The notes under the pieces: generated by a model
Databases searched by the model: none
The model's input: only the letters and a program-made list of their open reading frames with translations
Told to the model about the DNA's origin: nothing
Part shown: positions 37,928 to 53,057 of the stretch, in pieces
How positions within the stretch are numbered: position 1 is the first letter of the stretch
Layout: each line of letters begins with the position of its first letter
Translations under genes and position numbers: made by a program
Source of the DNA: Octopus vulgaris
Taxonomy: Eukaryota
Assembly (NCBI GenBank): GCA_951406725.2
Contig: OX597822.1
Location: forward strand, 86,738,001-86,802,000
Length of the DNA stretch: 64,000 nt
Direction: 5' to 3'

Positions 37928-37958
<31 letters not shown>

Positions 37959-38444
37959 AAAGAAGGAAGAAGAGAGAGAAGAGCAGAGAGAGGGAGAGGG
38001 AGAGAGAATGTTAAAAGAATTGTCTTTAAGTTGAGAAATGTGGCAGATACTATAAGACAAGTGTAAGAACACGACTTTATGTGGCTTTTTTTAATGGCTG
38101 GGTACACACTAGACATGCGTCGTTGCTGATGTAATATCACCTCGTAATGAAACAGTAAAAGGAAAGAAAGAAAGAATAATTGTGACAATGTCTCTTTCAG
38201 ATCCTTTGCATAAACAAGCAAAATATGTGGCTATATGGAAGTATGTTCAAGAAACCCTATCCACACTCAAAACCTCAAATGAAGCCAGAGCAACATCTAT
38301 CCGTAGCAAAGACGAAAGGTCTGTGCGTTGCTATTTAGGTGAGAAGTCGGAGAAAGGATGTTTACGACTCGAAGTAAGAATCCTATTGAATACCATATTC
38401 AAATAGAACCGGCCTATATGCATTTGTGTGTATGTGTGTGTGTA

Positions 38445-39240
<796 letters not shown>

Positions 39241-39248
39241 TTGCTAAA

Positions 39249-39329
<81 letters not shown>

Positions 39330-39331
<2 letters not shown>

Positions 39332-39620
39332 TAAGTTCAGCAAAATTTAGATTCAAATGAATATGGTACTTAAGTTAGATGCACCAGAATTTTGTATGGT
39401 GTTATCCATATAAATCTATGGGGTGATTATAATAAAAAATAAGCAGCAAGAATAACTTCGGTAATTTGGTACGATCGTTTCACGCTACATCATATATTTA
39501 TATATATCGAGTACAGAGCAGTAATATGCGATTAAATAACTGACAAGGTACACAAGAAATTATGTAATGGCCTTCATTTGCTTACAGCTGTTTCTGCTAT
39601 GCACTCATAGTTGAGTGTTT
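39330..39620 (-). mobile_element. (TA)n-adjacent Penelope pLTR-like repeat with hammerhead half-sites
   Basis: Minus-strand GAAACAGCTGTA (~39583-39594) and GAAACGATCGTA (~39470-39481), both with palindromic stem III; no intact CUGANGA core found. Confidence 0.4.
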
Positions 39621-40599
39621 GTTTATCACCTTCTAGATTCGTATGCATTTATATAATTTTCTAGCAACATTTTCATTTTGTCTACTTTCTAATATAATCT
39701 GTTAGTTCAGAGCAATTCATTCCCAGATACTGTTTTAGTCTCTCATAATTTTACGCCAACTCGAAAAGAAGAATATTTTTTTATCTCTGAAAATTGTCTG
39801 CAAGATTGTTTTGCCAAAAAACCCCAATCCATTTCTTAAAGATTATCGCCTATATACACCACTTAAGTTATTTATAAATCTATTTATATAATCTTGTATA
39901 TTTATTTAGCAGTTGTTTCATCATTATTTCAACAAATACGGCAAAAGACAAGCTCGGCTGGTGAAGTGAGAATAAGACCGAAACCTATTCGTAATTATCT
40001 TCCCACATTTGCTACAAACATGAAAATAATATTAGTTACTGACGAATGTCATTTTCCCCGCGTAGTAAAATTATTTATGATTAACTAATTATTGCTCTAT
40101 GCATGAAACTTGTCAATATTAACTTTACCTTTCATTTCTCTACTGGGTTATCATCCGTGCGCCAGTTTGGAGCCTACTTTATTGGAAATAGTGATTGCCT
40201 CTGATAGAATCGATTCGATGTCATTATCTGAAACCACAAAGCGAAAATATTAATTCTATACCGTAATTTAACCGTTTGCTTGATGTCAAAAAACAACCAA
40301 CATTATCTAATTTAAAGTCGGTGGAGCGCATAGGAATTAACGTTCTTAGAACTACAACAGTCAGAAGTAACGAAAACACCCAGAGGAATAGAGAAGTATA
40401 ACCAGTAAGGATTCATTTAATTACAAACTTTCAATATAGAACAAAGAATATGTCGTACATTCAGGTTATTGATTTTTTTAAAAAACAAGATTAATATAGT
40501 AGACTTTATCGAATATTTTCCAATTTCAATAGAAACTTTGCTAAAACTAATAGGTACACAACCTAATACATCCACCGATGATAGGTGCAAATGAGAATC

Positions 40600-41560
40600 C
40601 ATAGTCAAGGTACAGTGATGTAAGTTCCGCATTAATTCACCATAAACATACTCTTTTCCTGGACTCTCGATTGTACATTCACATCCGTTGGGCAGCTGGC
40701 TTCTACAACACTGCATAGCTTTTGTTCCCTGCCCTGCAGAAGAATATCAGGTCTGTTATATTTGCATCAAATTGATGTTTTTATTGGGATGTTCAATAAG
40801 GAATACTTGTTTTTAAAGGTGTGAATATCTGCTGGTCCTGACATGTTTTTGATGTTATATATCACGGCAGTCCTTCCTTCGGATAGCATTGTAAATAGTC
40901 TTTGCAACTATATCATGCCTCAAGGACAGATAGTATCTCGTAGACATTTTGGGGCAGATACTGAGGATGTGGGTGATATCTTCCACATGTGGAAATTGCC
41001 TGTGGTAGCTAGTACCTTTCTGGTTTTGATGTCCAGGTTGCCTATTTCATTGAATGTCCAGTCCAATATCCCAAATGTTGGTACTAGCACGGGTACTGCA
41101 AAAGCATTGTGAGACTTAAGTCTTGTTAAATGCAAAGAGCTCTGAGTTTCATACAAAAAGAAACACGAAGGATTATTATTTCAGCTTTTTTCTTCATCAC
41201 AATGGTATTTAAACGTTTCAACAAGGCACATGAACTATATTTTATTGGAGAACTTGCTCGGAATATTAAAGGTTCTCCAACAGATAGTTTTCTGTAAATA
41301 CTTGTTACAAAATTTATCCAGGAATTGCTTGAGATGTCTGTTGAATTATTTTTTGAGTGCACCTATACTTCTGTTTAATGACCGGCCATGCTATTTGCTA
41401 ACTGTTTCAGCTTTGTTAGAATATTAGCCTCGCTTGAGATCCAACGTAAAAAATAATTTGTTTATCTTTTTATTTACTGTGGATCACGAATGTCCAACCT
41501 GCCTTGACGGTCATAGCCAACAGAATTATGTCTCCAAAGTTTGTATATTTGTATCATTGC
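40600..41560 (-). mobile_element. R4/Dong-clade retrotransposon, internally deleted remnant
   Basis: HNAFAVPVLVPTFGILDWTFNEIGNLDIKTRKVL, HILSICPKMSTRYYLSLRHD, and an RLE-like NRPDIL...VVEASCPTDVN. Confidence 0.75.
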
Positions 41561-42230
41561 TTTGAGCTTAAATACTTTAGTTCCTTTGACTGAATCGTTT
41601 TTACTTACCTTTTTTTTATGCTCAAAGCTTGAAGTATCTCTTCATTAGATTTTTCTTTTCTCACTCTTTCGTATCCCTCATTTGCCCGAAGGCTCAACTG
41701 GAAATATTATGGATATTACACTTTCTCATCTCCCAAGCTAAAACTTAGAAAATAAAGATTAATAAAAAGGAAACACTGTAAGATCTTTTTTAATTTTATT
41801 CTATAGTGACAATAAATAAATAAAAATAAGAACTAAAACAACCAAAACAAACAAACAAACAAACAAACAAACACAAAAACCTATTTTCTTAGCCGAAGAG
41901 AATATTTATTTGGTGGAGGGTGAGAAAATTGTATAATTTTGGATAAGAATGAAGAAAACAGGAAATGATAGCAATGTCAAAATAGTGAAGAACACAAGAC
42001 ATGTTTAGATATAAAGTGAGTCGTGTCTGAGAGAAGGATGCCCCGTTATTATATTAAGAATTCTTATCGGCAGGTTTTGGTCAAAGGGCGTTGCTATCGG
42101 ATAGGAACATGTCTGCAATCTGTCGCGAGAAGTGGGATTTTGATAAAAGATTTTTTAGCTTTTTCCATCTTGGTGGTTGTTTCATAAATAGTGCAAAGAT
42201 GGCCTTCTTCTTTCTGTACTTCTATGTATT

Positions 42231-42330
42231 ATGTATGTATGTATGTATGTATGTATGTATGTATGTATGTATGTATGTATGTATGTATGTATGTATGTAT
42301 GTATGTATGTATGTGTGTGTGTGTGTGTGT
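42231..42330. repeat. (ATGT)n then (GT)n microsatellite
   Basis: Directly visible. Confidence 0.95.
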
Positions 42331-42697
42331 GCGTGCATGCGTGTGAGTGTGTATGTATGTGTGTGAGAGTGTGTGTGTGCGTGCGTGCTTGTCTTTGAAT
42401 GTGTGGACACATGTATGTCCCAAATAGCGGTTACATCGCTACCCTACCTAATATAATGACATATTCTTTTTTAGAATAACTTTCTATCACTTTTGCGCTG
42501 GCTTCCGGATATACAACATACGGTTATTATCTTGAGAATCATGAAACAAAACCATAACAGAACCGTCTTTATCCTACAAACGCTATTATTATTGTTGTTG
42601 TTGTTGTTGTTACCAATGGCTGTCATGATGTGTTGTTGACAAGAAAGTTGTTTGGATTTTTAAAATTCTCCCATGAGGAAGCTGTAAACTTTAAACA

Positions 42698-42698
<1 letters not shown>

Positions 42699-42728
<30 letters not shown>

Positions 42729-42798
42729 CTTCTTCTTCTTCTTCTTCTTCTTCTTCTTCTTCTTCTTCTTCTTCTTCTTCTTCTTCTTCTTCTTCTTC
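42699..42798. repeat. (CTT)n microsatellite, about 33 units
   Basis: Directly visible; purine/pyrimidine mirror repeat. Confidence 0.97.
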
Positions 42799-43189
42799 CC
42801 CTCTCTCTATTTACGCATGTATGTGTGAATTTTTGATTGTGCTTACATGCGTGTATATAAATATTCTGTGGTGTAAACGTTTCTGTCACGGTCACATTAT
42901 CTTAACTAAAGAAAGTCCAAAATGGTGGTTTGCTCCAGGCGGCGGCATTTTGACGTATGTCATACTGCATTTTTCGTAGGAACGAAGACCAGCAAGCACC
43001 CCCACCCACCCAGGCTGTTTAATCTCCAGCTGGGTCACTGTATAGCCAACATTTTAGTATCACAAGCTAATGAAACTCTGTTACATTATACAGTGTTTTC
43101 AATCTTTGGTGCTGTCAACTCTCCACATTTATGGTATATATTGCTAACCAGGTGGACTTGGCTCAAAAGAAAGTAAAGTATGTTGGTCT

Positions 43190-43720
43190 TGGACACTGCA
43201 CCTGTGCCGGTGACGTTATACGGACCATGACTCCTCGACCATTAGCTTCTGTCAGCTACGACTCTATATTTATAGTGGCAACAGTCGAGAGATAAGGTTT
43301 ATATCTGATTGTGGGGATGTTGTGCTGCCTAATCAGTCAAACACATCACATTATATCCCTCTTAATTGCTTTTTCGATAAAGGTGCTTTACTATTACACG
43401 ACAGATCTATTTCACCGTAAAAAAAACCTCCATGTGAAAGTACACACGAAAATTGTAGTGAAGTGCTGTGCAGTTGATGAAGGTTAAGATTAGGTTGCAG
43501 TGAGAAGATATTAGTCCATGATCTTGAAGAAGCGACAGAAATACACCCTCGAATTAACGAGGTCTTCAGTCGTGCCAAATAATACACTAGATTGTGATAG
43601 AGGAGATATTATCTCAAATACCTTATCTAAGAGATCAATATATAACTTATGATGAAATACGAACTCATATCCTGATTCATGTTTAATAGACATTCATTTA
43701 TCTTCCATCTTGAGTGCTTA
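43190..43720 (-). mobile_element. Very degenerate Penelope-like RT remnant
   Basis: KLYIDLLDK...VLFGTTEDL and LHSTSLQFSC resemble PLE RT motifs (ANLYM.., RYIDD, HPSIQFT); weak. Confidence 0.35.
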
Positions 43721-44168
43721 CTTATACTGAAAGTAATTGAAATAAATATTTCATGAATATTTAGCAGGATCCCAAATATCAACTCACTGCCTATGAATGG
43801 CACTCGGATTACTGTTCAGATTTCTAGACAACTAAGCAATACGAATAGGATTCTATCAAAGGTTGATGACGTCAGCAAACAACTGATCAATCAAATGTCT
43901 GGTAGAAATAGGATGTTATTAACAATTTGTTTTTAGCGCCTTTTCTTTCACATCCATTATGTATATATGGGTTGTTTGTCCGGTAAATGGCAGTGGTCAT
44001 GACACAACTTAAGCCGGCTAGGTGCACGAATTTAAACCTCTCGATTTCGGCCAAGCAACGATGATGGCAGCTGTTGCAGCCTAATCAAGACCGATAGCCA
44101 CACGAACGTATGTAACTCAACGTCGGCTACACAATTCAGCGACTGCTACAGTCTCCTATCATTGCTGG

Positions 44169-44303
<135 letters not shown>

Positions 44304-45501
44304 CTCACACAAACTGCTAGATTGCTTCACTTGGCTTAAATATATTTTCTCTGTCATTCGTTACAATTTCAATACATTTTGGTTAACGATAATAAATATT
44401 TTGTGCTTGGAATTTTTCATACAGGCTTTTGTTCCTCTCTGAACCAAATCGAAGTATATTCTGCCGTTACAGAAAAATAGCCACGTAACTTGAATGTTTG
44501 TTTATCATAGAGTCGGGTTACGTGGGGGACGCTTAAATAGAACAAACATTCGTCAATCATCTGATTCTCTCACATCAAAGATTACAGTAAGTTGTCCGTT
44601 TTCTTCTATGACACCTTGATGGATTAGTGAACATTGAAACTGAAGCGCTTTTGTGAGGGACATACCACAGAGCTGCTGGCAGGATTTGATATAGCGAACC
44701 TTTCGTTATTAAAACGATATTTGAAAGATGTTGATGTTGTATGCTATTTTTAATGACTATCAGCTGTGTCAAAAGATAGCTTTAACAGATTTATTATAAT
44801 TACTGAATTCAATGCTGGGTTTTGTTTTGTTGTTGTGTTTTAAATTTATGTTTTGCTAATTTTGGGCAACTTCAGAAGATGGAAAGAACTAGTGGAGAAA
44901 GAAGAAAAGTTGGGGTAAAGAAGAGACAGAAGAGACAGAAAAAGGCGTTTCAAAATATCTCTTAACACTATAGCATATTTTTTTAATAAATATTATTCAA
45001 AACAGAAACAAAATGATAGCAGAGATGTGTCTTGAAAATGGATAACGTTTATTTAACCTGTGGGAATTGCTTGTCAACAACACCCAGAAAGAAATAGTTT
45101 CATATAAGATATTTACTACAAAGGACGAGAAGAATTTAACATTCCACTAATTCCAACGCGAAAGACTCTATGCAATGGCTGTCGGGAAACGCGTTCATAC
45201 GAGGAACAGATACATAAATGTAGGTCGTATCTTTTTCTATTCAATACCATCGGGACTTGTTAAGCGGCTTAAGATTATGGGTAGTGTCTGGGAAATTTCA
45301 GAGTTCAATCTAAACAAAGAAAAATGACGTTATAAAAAAAGTGTCAAAATATGTCATATCGGCGAATATTGATACCTGATAATGGCCTTAGTTAGGAGTG
45401 ACTCTACTGGTAAAAATTATTCCAAACTAGATCCACTTCTGATAAATTGTTCTTACTGCTTTGTGAGAAATCCTCAGGGTGTCATTTATGGCAGGCATTG
45501 G

Positions 45502-45554
<53 letters not shown>

Positions 45555-45598
45555 CATCATCATCATCATTATTATTGTTGTTGTTGTTGTTGTTGTTG

Positions 45599-45645
<47 letters not shown>

Positions 45646-45682
45646 GTTATTATTATCATTATTATTATTATAATAATAATAA

Positions 45683-45756
<74 letters not shown>
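45502..45756. repeat. Compound (ATT)n/(ATC)n/(GTT)n microsatellite
   Basis: Directly visible; runs straight into the head of a SINE. Confidence 0.95.
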
Positions 45757-45757
<1 letters not shown>

Positions 45758-45935
45758 GGCGGTAGCATGGCAGAACCATTTGAGCGTTAGGAAACTGCCT
45801 TGTGGTATTTCTTTTTATCTCTTTAGGTTCTGAATTCCGAGTTCAAATTCTGACTAGGTCAACTTTGTCTTTCAACCCTCTAATGGTAAAATGGTTCGGT
45901 ACCGATCAAGTACTGGGATCGAATTGCTGGCCTTT
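45757..45935 (+). mobile_element. Nin-domain tRNA-SINE, diverged
   Basis: AGGCGGTAGCATGGCAGAACC...GAGTTCAAATTCTGACTAGGTCAACTTTGTCTTTCA. Confidence 0.65.
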
Positions 45936-46039
45936 TGCTTAAACCAAAACCCATTATTATTAGAAAGTTATTACAATCTACTTGCTTCAATAGTATGGCC
46001 AGTCCTTTATGGGGAAATTCTATAAAATCCTCTAATTTT

Positions 46040-46530
46040 TATTCACCATCAGTCTCCAGCTCGTGTTCATACCACTTTTCTGTCACTTTGAATCTACACC
46101 CTTGGCTAACATTCCAATGCATTCTTTTAACCATTCAGGTCTGTGCCTATACACTTTTTGAGTTAGTTTCTTGCATTCATTTAAGAGATGGTTAATACTT
46201 TCATCTCCTTTCTCACAGATTCTGCGTTTGCTATTTGACTTTTATTAATCTTTGCCTTTATCAAATTCATTCGAATGGTTTCTTCTTGAACGGCTATAAT
46301 TAGCGATTCGACTTCTCGTTTTAGATTCCGTCCGTTAGCCATCACCAGCGTTCTTTATTTCCAACATCATCGGTTTCTTGCATGAATTAGTCGTGTAATT
46401 CCTTCTCTTTTCAGTTACTTATTCTGTTGTTCTTCCTTCTGTTCTTGTACTCTTCAACTGTTTCAGCAACTTTTTAGTTATTCCAAGCCACCGAAGTATT
46501 CTTTATTCACAACGTACAACCTCCGCACAG
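46040..46530 (-). mobile_element. R4-clade retrotransposon fragment (pre-zinc-knuckle region)
   Basis: WLTDGIxKREVESLIIAVQEETIRMNLIKAKINKSQ...INHLLNECKKLTQKVYRHR. Confidence 0.7.
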
Positions 46531-46639
46531 TACTAACAGTGTCTTCTGCGTTTAGCGACCCTCTGTCCCCGTCTTTCCTGATAAGTAGAGTCTGTCGGTG
46601 TTACTTTTAGAGTGGTGCTTTTTGTGCATTGCGAGTAGT

Positions 46640-47075
46640 TTCCTAATTCTGAAATGGAAAATAACTGGAATGTTTTGCAAATTTTCACGATTGTGTTTGG
46701 AGAATATGAATCAATTTGCTTTATCTTTTTCTTGGAGGACTCCAGTATTTCCATGTTTTTATGTTGATGTGTTGTTACGTAACCCGGAGCATCTCTGACA
46801 ATACGAATAAATGGAAACCTAAAGGCTAGCTATAACAACTGCAAGTTTTTTATTCGTTCTTCATTGATGTTCTTCCCAATTTCTGATGAGATACTCGCAT
46901 CTGATCTCTAGAATATTCTGTGATTCTTGCTACCTGTCCAATAGAACAATATATGGTCTATTCTGCTTACAGCAGGTTGCTGTTTTCATTGGATTGTTCC
47001 ACCAATATTCTTTATCTTGAAAGGTATGGATATTTTCTGGATCTGGTATGGCTGTGGTATGGCCGTCAAGATAAT
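46640..47075 (-). mobile_element. R4/Dong-type RLE-domain fragment abutting (TATG)n
   Basis: KEYWWNNPMKTATCCKQNRPYIVLLDR and IVKICKTFQ, homologous to the 54445-55720 copy. Confidence 0.65.
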
Positions 47076-47155
47076 CTTATGTATGTATGTATGTATGTAT
47101 GTATGTATGTATGTATGTATGTATGTATGTATGTATGTATGTATGTATGTATGTG

Positions 47156-47186
<31 letters not shown>

Positions 47187-48009
47187 ATGCATGTATGTAT
47201 GTATGTATGTATGTATGTATGTATGTATGTATGTATGTATGTATGTATGTATGTATATATGTATTTATGTAGAAAGTTAAAAAGGAACACACGAGTTGAT
47301 ATGTATAAGGAAAATAAGTCAAGGTAGAAAATGCTAAAATAATTTTATCATGAAGAACATTTTACTATCGCTTTCAGTCTTTGCGACTTTTTCAACTTGC
47401 AAAGCATGAAAAACAAATAAATTGTGGAAAAATTAAATGAAATGTTTTTTAAAAATATTTCCATAGTTTTCAAATGCAAGGGACATTATCCTTTTTTCAG
47501 TCTGTCTTTGTCTCTCTTTTTTACTCTTGTGGGTTCTGCCTAGAACCCATGCGTCCGTGGAATACTCAGCCAGTTCAGTTGATTGAACAACTGAGCCAAT
47601 ATCGTCGGAACCAATGGAGATCCATTTCTATGCATCTGTATATGTCATAGACAGATTTTAGTCCTGATTTTCATTGGCAGAAAATGATTGGAAGAAGAAT
47701 CAACGAGGGAGCATCCACACTATCAAATTAAATGCTAGAAAGAGAAGCTAAATCTCCTTTCAACAACACTTTAGTGTCTTAGAAAGAGAATGATACTTTA
47801 GATAATACCATTCTGGATGTCAAACTATGCCACGAGTCCTTAACTTTTTGATGGAGCCGAAGAGACCGTTTCGAGACCTGGCAGAACCCATTCCTCTTTA
47901 GATCTGACCACTGCCGATTCTTTCTATAAACAGAGAGGGTGGGGAGAGGGGAAGAGAGACAGGTGAGATGGATAGAGGGGGAAGGAGAGGGAGAGGGAGA
48001 GGGGGATGG

Positions 48010-48165
48010 ACTTCAATACTGGAATGATATTTTATTTATCGACCCCGAAAGGATAATGAAAGGCAAAGTTGATCTCGGTAGCATTTCAACTCAGAGCATA
48101 AGAGACTGGAACGATCAACACTGACCAAACTGACATTCTAATGATTCTGCCGATTGACCATCTTG
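48010..48165 (-). mobile_element. Nin-domain tRNA-SINE fragment
   Basis: TTTATCGACCCCGAAAGGAT...GAAAGGCAAAGTTGATCTCGG. Confidence 0.7.
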
Positions 48166-49450
48166 CCATCCTGGATCCACCATGTCGAAAGAATCCAACT
48201 TTGAGATATCTTTGTATCTGTGATTGAGTGGACGGGATGATAGTTCAGCGAGTGCACAGTATCAAGCGCCGCCCATTAAACCATGTTTGGGTCCCTCAAT
48301 GAGGCTGGGGGTAAGCCTTATAGACAATCACGAATAACGGGTCACTTGAAAAGTTTCACCATTTTGAAAACTCGTGGATTTACTCTACATTTTATGATTC
48401 GTTTTCTTGAAGCGCTGAGATCAAATGTTTACCTTTGAAAAAACAAAAGCAGAAACAAAAAAAGAAAAGAAGAAGCAAAAACAAACAAAAAAAACCTTTC
48501 TGTGATAAACTATGTCCAGTCCAGGAGTGGAATCTCTTCTTTAACTGCTAAACATTTTCGAAAACTGCGATAAGCTCCGGGCTACAACGACATCTTCCTA
48601 TAAACAGCAGCGTATGAAAATAAACGAGAATAAATAAAACTGCACAGTTCGCCCCCAATCAACATTTTCTGTATTCTTAATCATTGAGCTCATTTTAGAT
48701 ATTAATAAAGAGCATGCAGTAAATAGAAGCAGAACTATTTCGGGAAAATATTCCAAGATTTTCAGACTACATCATCGGCACGAATTTCACAAGAATGTGT
48801 CATAAAAGAGACAACCAGTTATTGTTAGTTACATTTATAGATAGATTCTTTGAATGACAAGAAAGATTTGCTTATATTACGAGAAGTTTTTTTTTTCTTA
48901 CAGCAAAAATTGAATTGATAAACGAAAACAAACAACACTGATAACGTTGGCCTATGAATTCATCACCATAAGAAGTCTTTTTAACACTTGCTACATTAAT
49001 TAGTGATTATATATTAATATAGCTTTTCCTACTCACTGTAACAGAATACTGTGATAAACTGGCCAACCCACACCGATACAGTCCAAATTAGATAGAAGAA
49101 AACTTTATCGTAAACGTCCAATAACTTTGATTTTATTTGTTTCTTTTTTCCAGTGATAATTCTCCAATCTTATTTAATAATTCCGGTAATGACCAAAAAT
49201 TTGGATTGCTGTTAGAGGATTTTCAGAACAAAATCATAAAACTATTTCTCTCTCTAGAATTTCTCTTTTGGTTTCAGAAAGTAACGCGTTTCGTTTCTTT
49301 ATTTCGAGACAGATATTCCGCACCGAGCTTTTAAAATGTTTCATAAGCTGAGTATCTAATAGCAATAGTCAAATGATCTATCTCACACAGACACGCATGT
49401 ATACACACATGCTTCATAGACAGACAGACAGACAGACACACACACAGACA

Positions 49451-49505
<55 letters not shown>

Positions 49506-49575
49506 GCACCATAACATACCAGACATACAAATGTGACAAAGCGAAGTCATAGTTTCAAATACATGAATCTAATCT

Positions 49576-50018
49576 GGGATCTTTTCGGTTTGAACGGTAG
49601 TTTTTAAAAATAATTTCCACGTAACTAAACACTTTTAAACTTCGTATACTGGTAGAATATGTTTATAAAACATCTTTTTCTCTTGGCTTTATTGAGAAAA
49701 TGCTATAGTTTGTAAGATATTTGTTGTTTTTTTTCTTCAATTTCTTTAATTTCAACCAATCAATAACGTTTATTGAGGTGAAAACATTCTGTGCCGTATG
49801 AATATGTCCCTCGTTTAAGAAACAGATTGGGTTTATTTACATTTCTGAAGAAAAAAAGATACCCTTCCCCCACCCCTAACCCTAACCCTAACTAATCCTA
49901 ACTAACCCTAACCCTAAAACAGATTGAAATGCAATGGATCGATACTAGAGTCATAATTATGGGTGACAATTTCATATGACACCGCTAGAAAAACTGCCGT
50001 TCAAACCGAAAAGATCCC
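49576..50018. mobile_element. Non-autonomous DNA transposon with GGG-terminal 30-bp TIRs, 6-bp TSD and internal (CCCTAA)n
   Basis: TIR GGGATCTTTTCGGTTTGAACGG(T/C)AGTTTTT, 29/30 match; TSD TAATCT at 49570-49575 and 50019-50024; telomere-like repeats at ~49874-49918. Confidence 0.9.
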
Positions 50019-50646
50019 TAATCTGTTATATGTATTTTGTATTTTTGCCTCTTGGCTTGTCCACCGAAACACAGTTGGTTCGAGGTGGTTTAACACGATT
50101 TCTTGGTCATTGTCTGCCTCAAACGAACGACATTCTTTTCTATGCATCCACACCAGTATTTCGCCACTTTCACTTGACTCACTGATTCTCATCACACTCC
50201 CCTTTATTTGATGTCATTGTCTGAGGATGGGGCACAGATGGGAAAAGTTTCTCAGGAAGCATCACTCCCAGACAGAGCAAGTGCCTTGCCTTGTGAGTAA
50301 TGCCTCAGGAGATTATTGTATCAGTTTGTATGTATTCCCGAATTCTCTTTTTCTCCACTTCGTGAGTGGTTTCACAGCAAGTGTGTGTGTGTGTGAGTGG
50401 AAGAATTTACAAATATTGGTAGGTTGTAGCTGTTTACGAATATTTCAGGAGAGGAATTCAAACACCCCAATTTTATAGAAATCTTCAGTATGAAACGTTA
50501 AAGAACAATATATATGGATCCGTAGCTGTTTGTTTTGGAAGTTTTGAGCATACAAACAGATACAAGCTCGCAAGAGACACATACATACATACATACATAC
50601 ATACATACATACATACATACATACATACATACATACATACATACAT

Positions 50647-51071
50647 ACTAGTTCAGGTTTATACCTGTAATTATTGGGGCCCTGGGATATGTAACACTGC
50701 CTAAATACCACTCTTGAGAAATTAGGCTGCTCAAAACCAGAAAGGAGAAAGCTAATTCGAAGACTACAGATCCAATCCATCACTGGAACTGTAAAAATCT
50801 GTAAAACTTTCCAGAAGTTTATCATTTAAGTATATATGAGCATGTCTAGATATGCAACTATATGCACGAGAAGACATACATAAACAAAATCTGCACGTAT
50901 ACATACATACATACATACATACATACATACATACATACATACATACATGCATGCATGCATGCGTGCATACATACATACATACATACATACATACATACAT
51001 ACATACATACATGCATGCATGCATACATACATTCATACATACATACATACATACATGCATACATACATACA

Positions 51072-51102
<31 letters not shown>

Positions 51103-51205
51103 CCTGTTGCTGACGATGAAATTTCAATGACGGAGCCTTGGATCCAGGTTAGAAACCGGCTCTTTCTCTAATTGGCAAGAAATCTTGAAATACAATTGAA
51201 CAATG
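50647..51205 (+). mobile_element. 5'-truncated R4/Dong-type element (ORF end plus 3' UTR) inserted in (ACAT)n
   Basis: FRFIPVIIGALGYV...LEKLGCSKPERRKLIRRLQIQSITGTVKICKTFQKFII*; the 3' UTR has internal (CATA)n and matches 54460-54720 (reverse complement). Confidence 0.85.
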
Positions 51206-51240
51206 ACATACACACATTGCTTTATCCTCAGATGTGTATA

Positions 51241-51458
51241 CGAGGGATGCTGAAAAGTTCTAGGCTTTAAGAGTGTCGCGAAAGGCCTAGTCGGAGGTCC
51301 AACCTTCTGAATTCTTTTACAGGGCTTAGAAAAACTGAAGAACCGCTGCAATAAGTGTGTGAACCTGAGAGGGAAATATGATGAATATAATCATGATTAA
51401 CTGATCCTCCTCTATTTTCTTTCACTCAAAAACCAGGAACGTTTCAGCCCCTCCCCCC
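51241..51458 (+). mobile_element. Mariner deletion derivative / MITE
   Basis: TA-CGAGGGATGCTGAAAAGTTC left end; degenerate right end GGAACGTTTCAGCCCC; carries transposase C-terminus GLEKLKNRCNKCVNLRGKYDE. Confidence 0.7.
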
Positions 51459-51512
51459 TTTTATATTTATGCATGTTAGTATTTATGTATGTACTGAATA
51501 TATATGGATAGG

Positions 51513-52480
<968 letters not shown>

Positions 52481-52968
52481 ATGAGGAGTTTGTCTATGTA
52501 AGGAGAAAGTAAAGAAAATGAAAAAGTAGAGAAAACTAGGAAGAGAAAGAGAGAAAGCGGCGAGGAGCTGATATTTAGAACAATGAGAGGAAAAGAAAAG
52601 GTGAGGAGAAAAGAGAGAGAAAAGAGAGAGGGGGTGGAGGGAGGGAGAGAGACTGGGATTAATGAGAATGAGGGAGAGAGAGCCATTGAAGTGAGAGACA
52701 TTCTTTACATGGACATCTTGATGTTGTATTTAACCTTTTCGTTTCCTGCCACTTCTCTTGCAGTGTTATGATTGTTGGTTCAGAGAATCGGTTGCATCCG
52801 TTTAGTAATTGGCATCGACAATTAATGAATTAACTATTTCTTGAAGTCATCACATCGGATTAGTCGCAGACAGTTTATGATCTTTGGGATGGAGTCAAGC
52901 CGACGGTGGTGCCATCTCGTAGAATTGCGAGTTGGAAATTCTTTGTTCATATCTGAGTTTTGAGATTG

Positions 52969-52999
<31 letters not shown>

Positions 53000-53057
53000 A
53001 CATGACTCGCACCATATTCAACCTTTCCTTCATTTCTTGTCTCTTTATTTATTTATT

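Noticed and set aside
47530-47890. Short hairpin TGGGTTCT-GCCT-AGAACCCA with an 11-bp complementary partner at ~47880
   Set aside because: Too short, no TSD; compatible with chance or an old MITE relic.
49874-49918. True telomere or chromosome fusion scar
   Set aside because: Short, degenerate and enclosed within a TIR element with a TSD.
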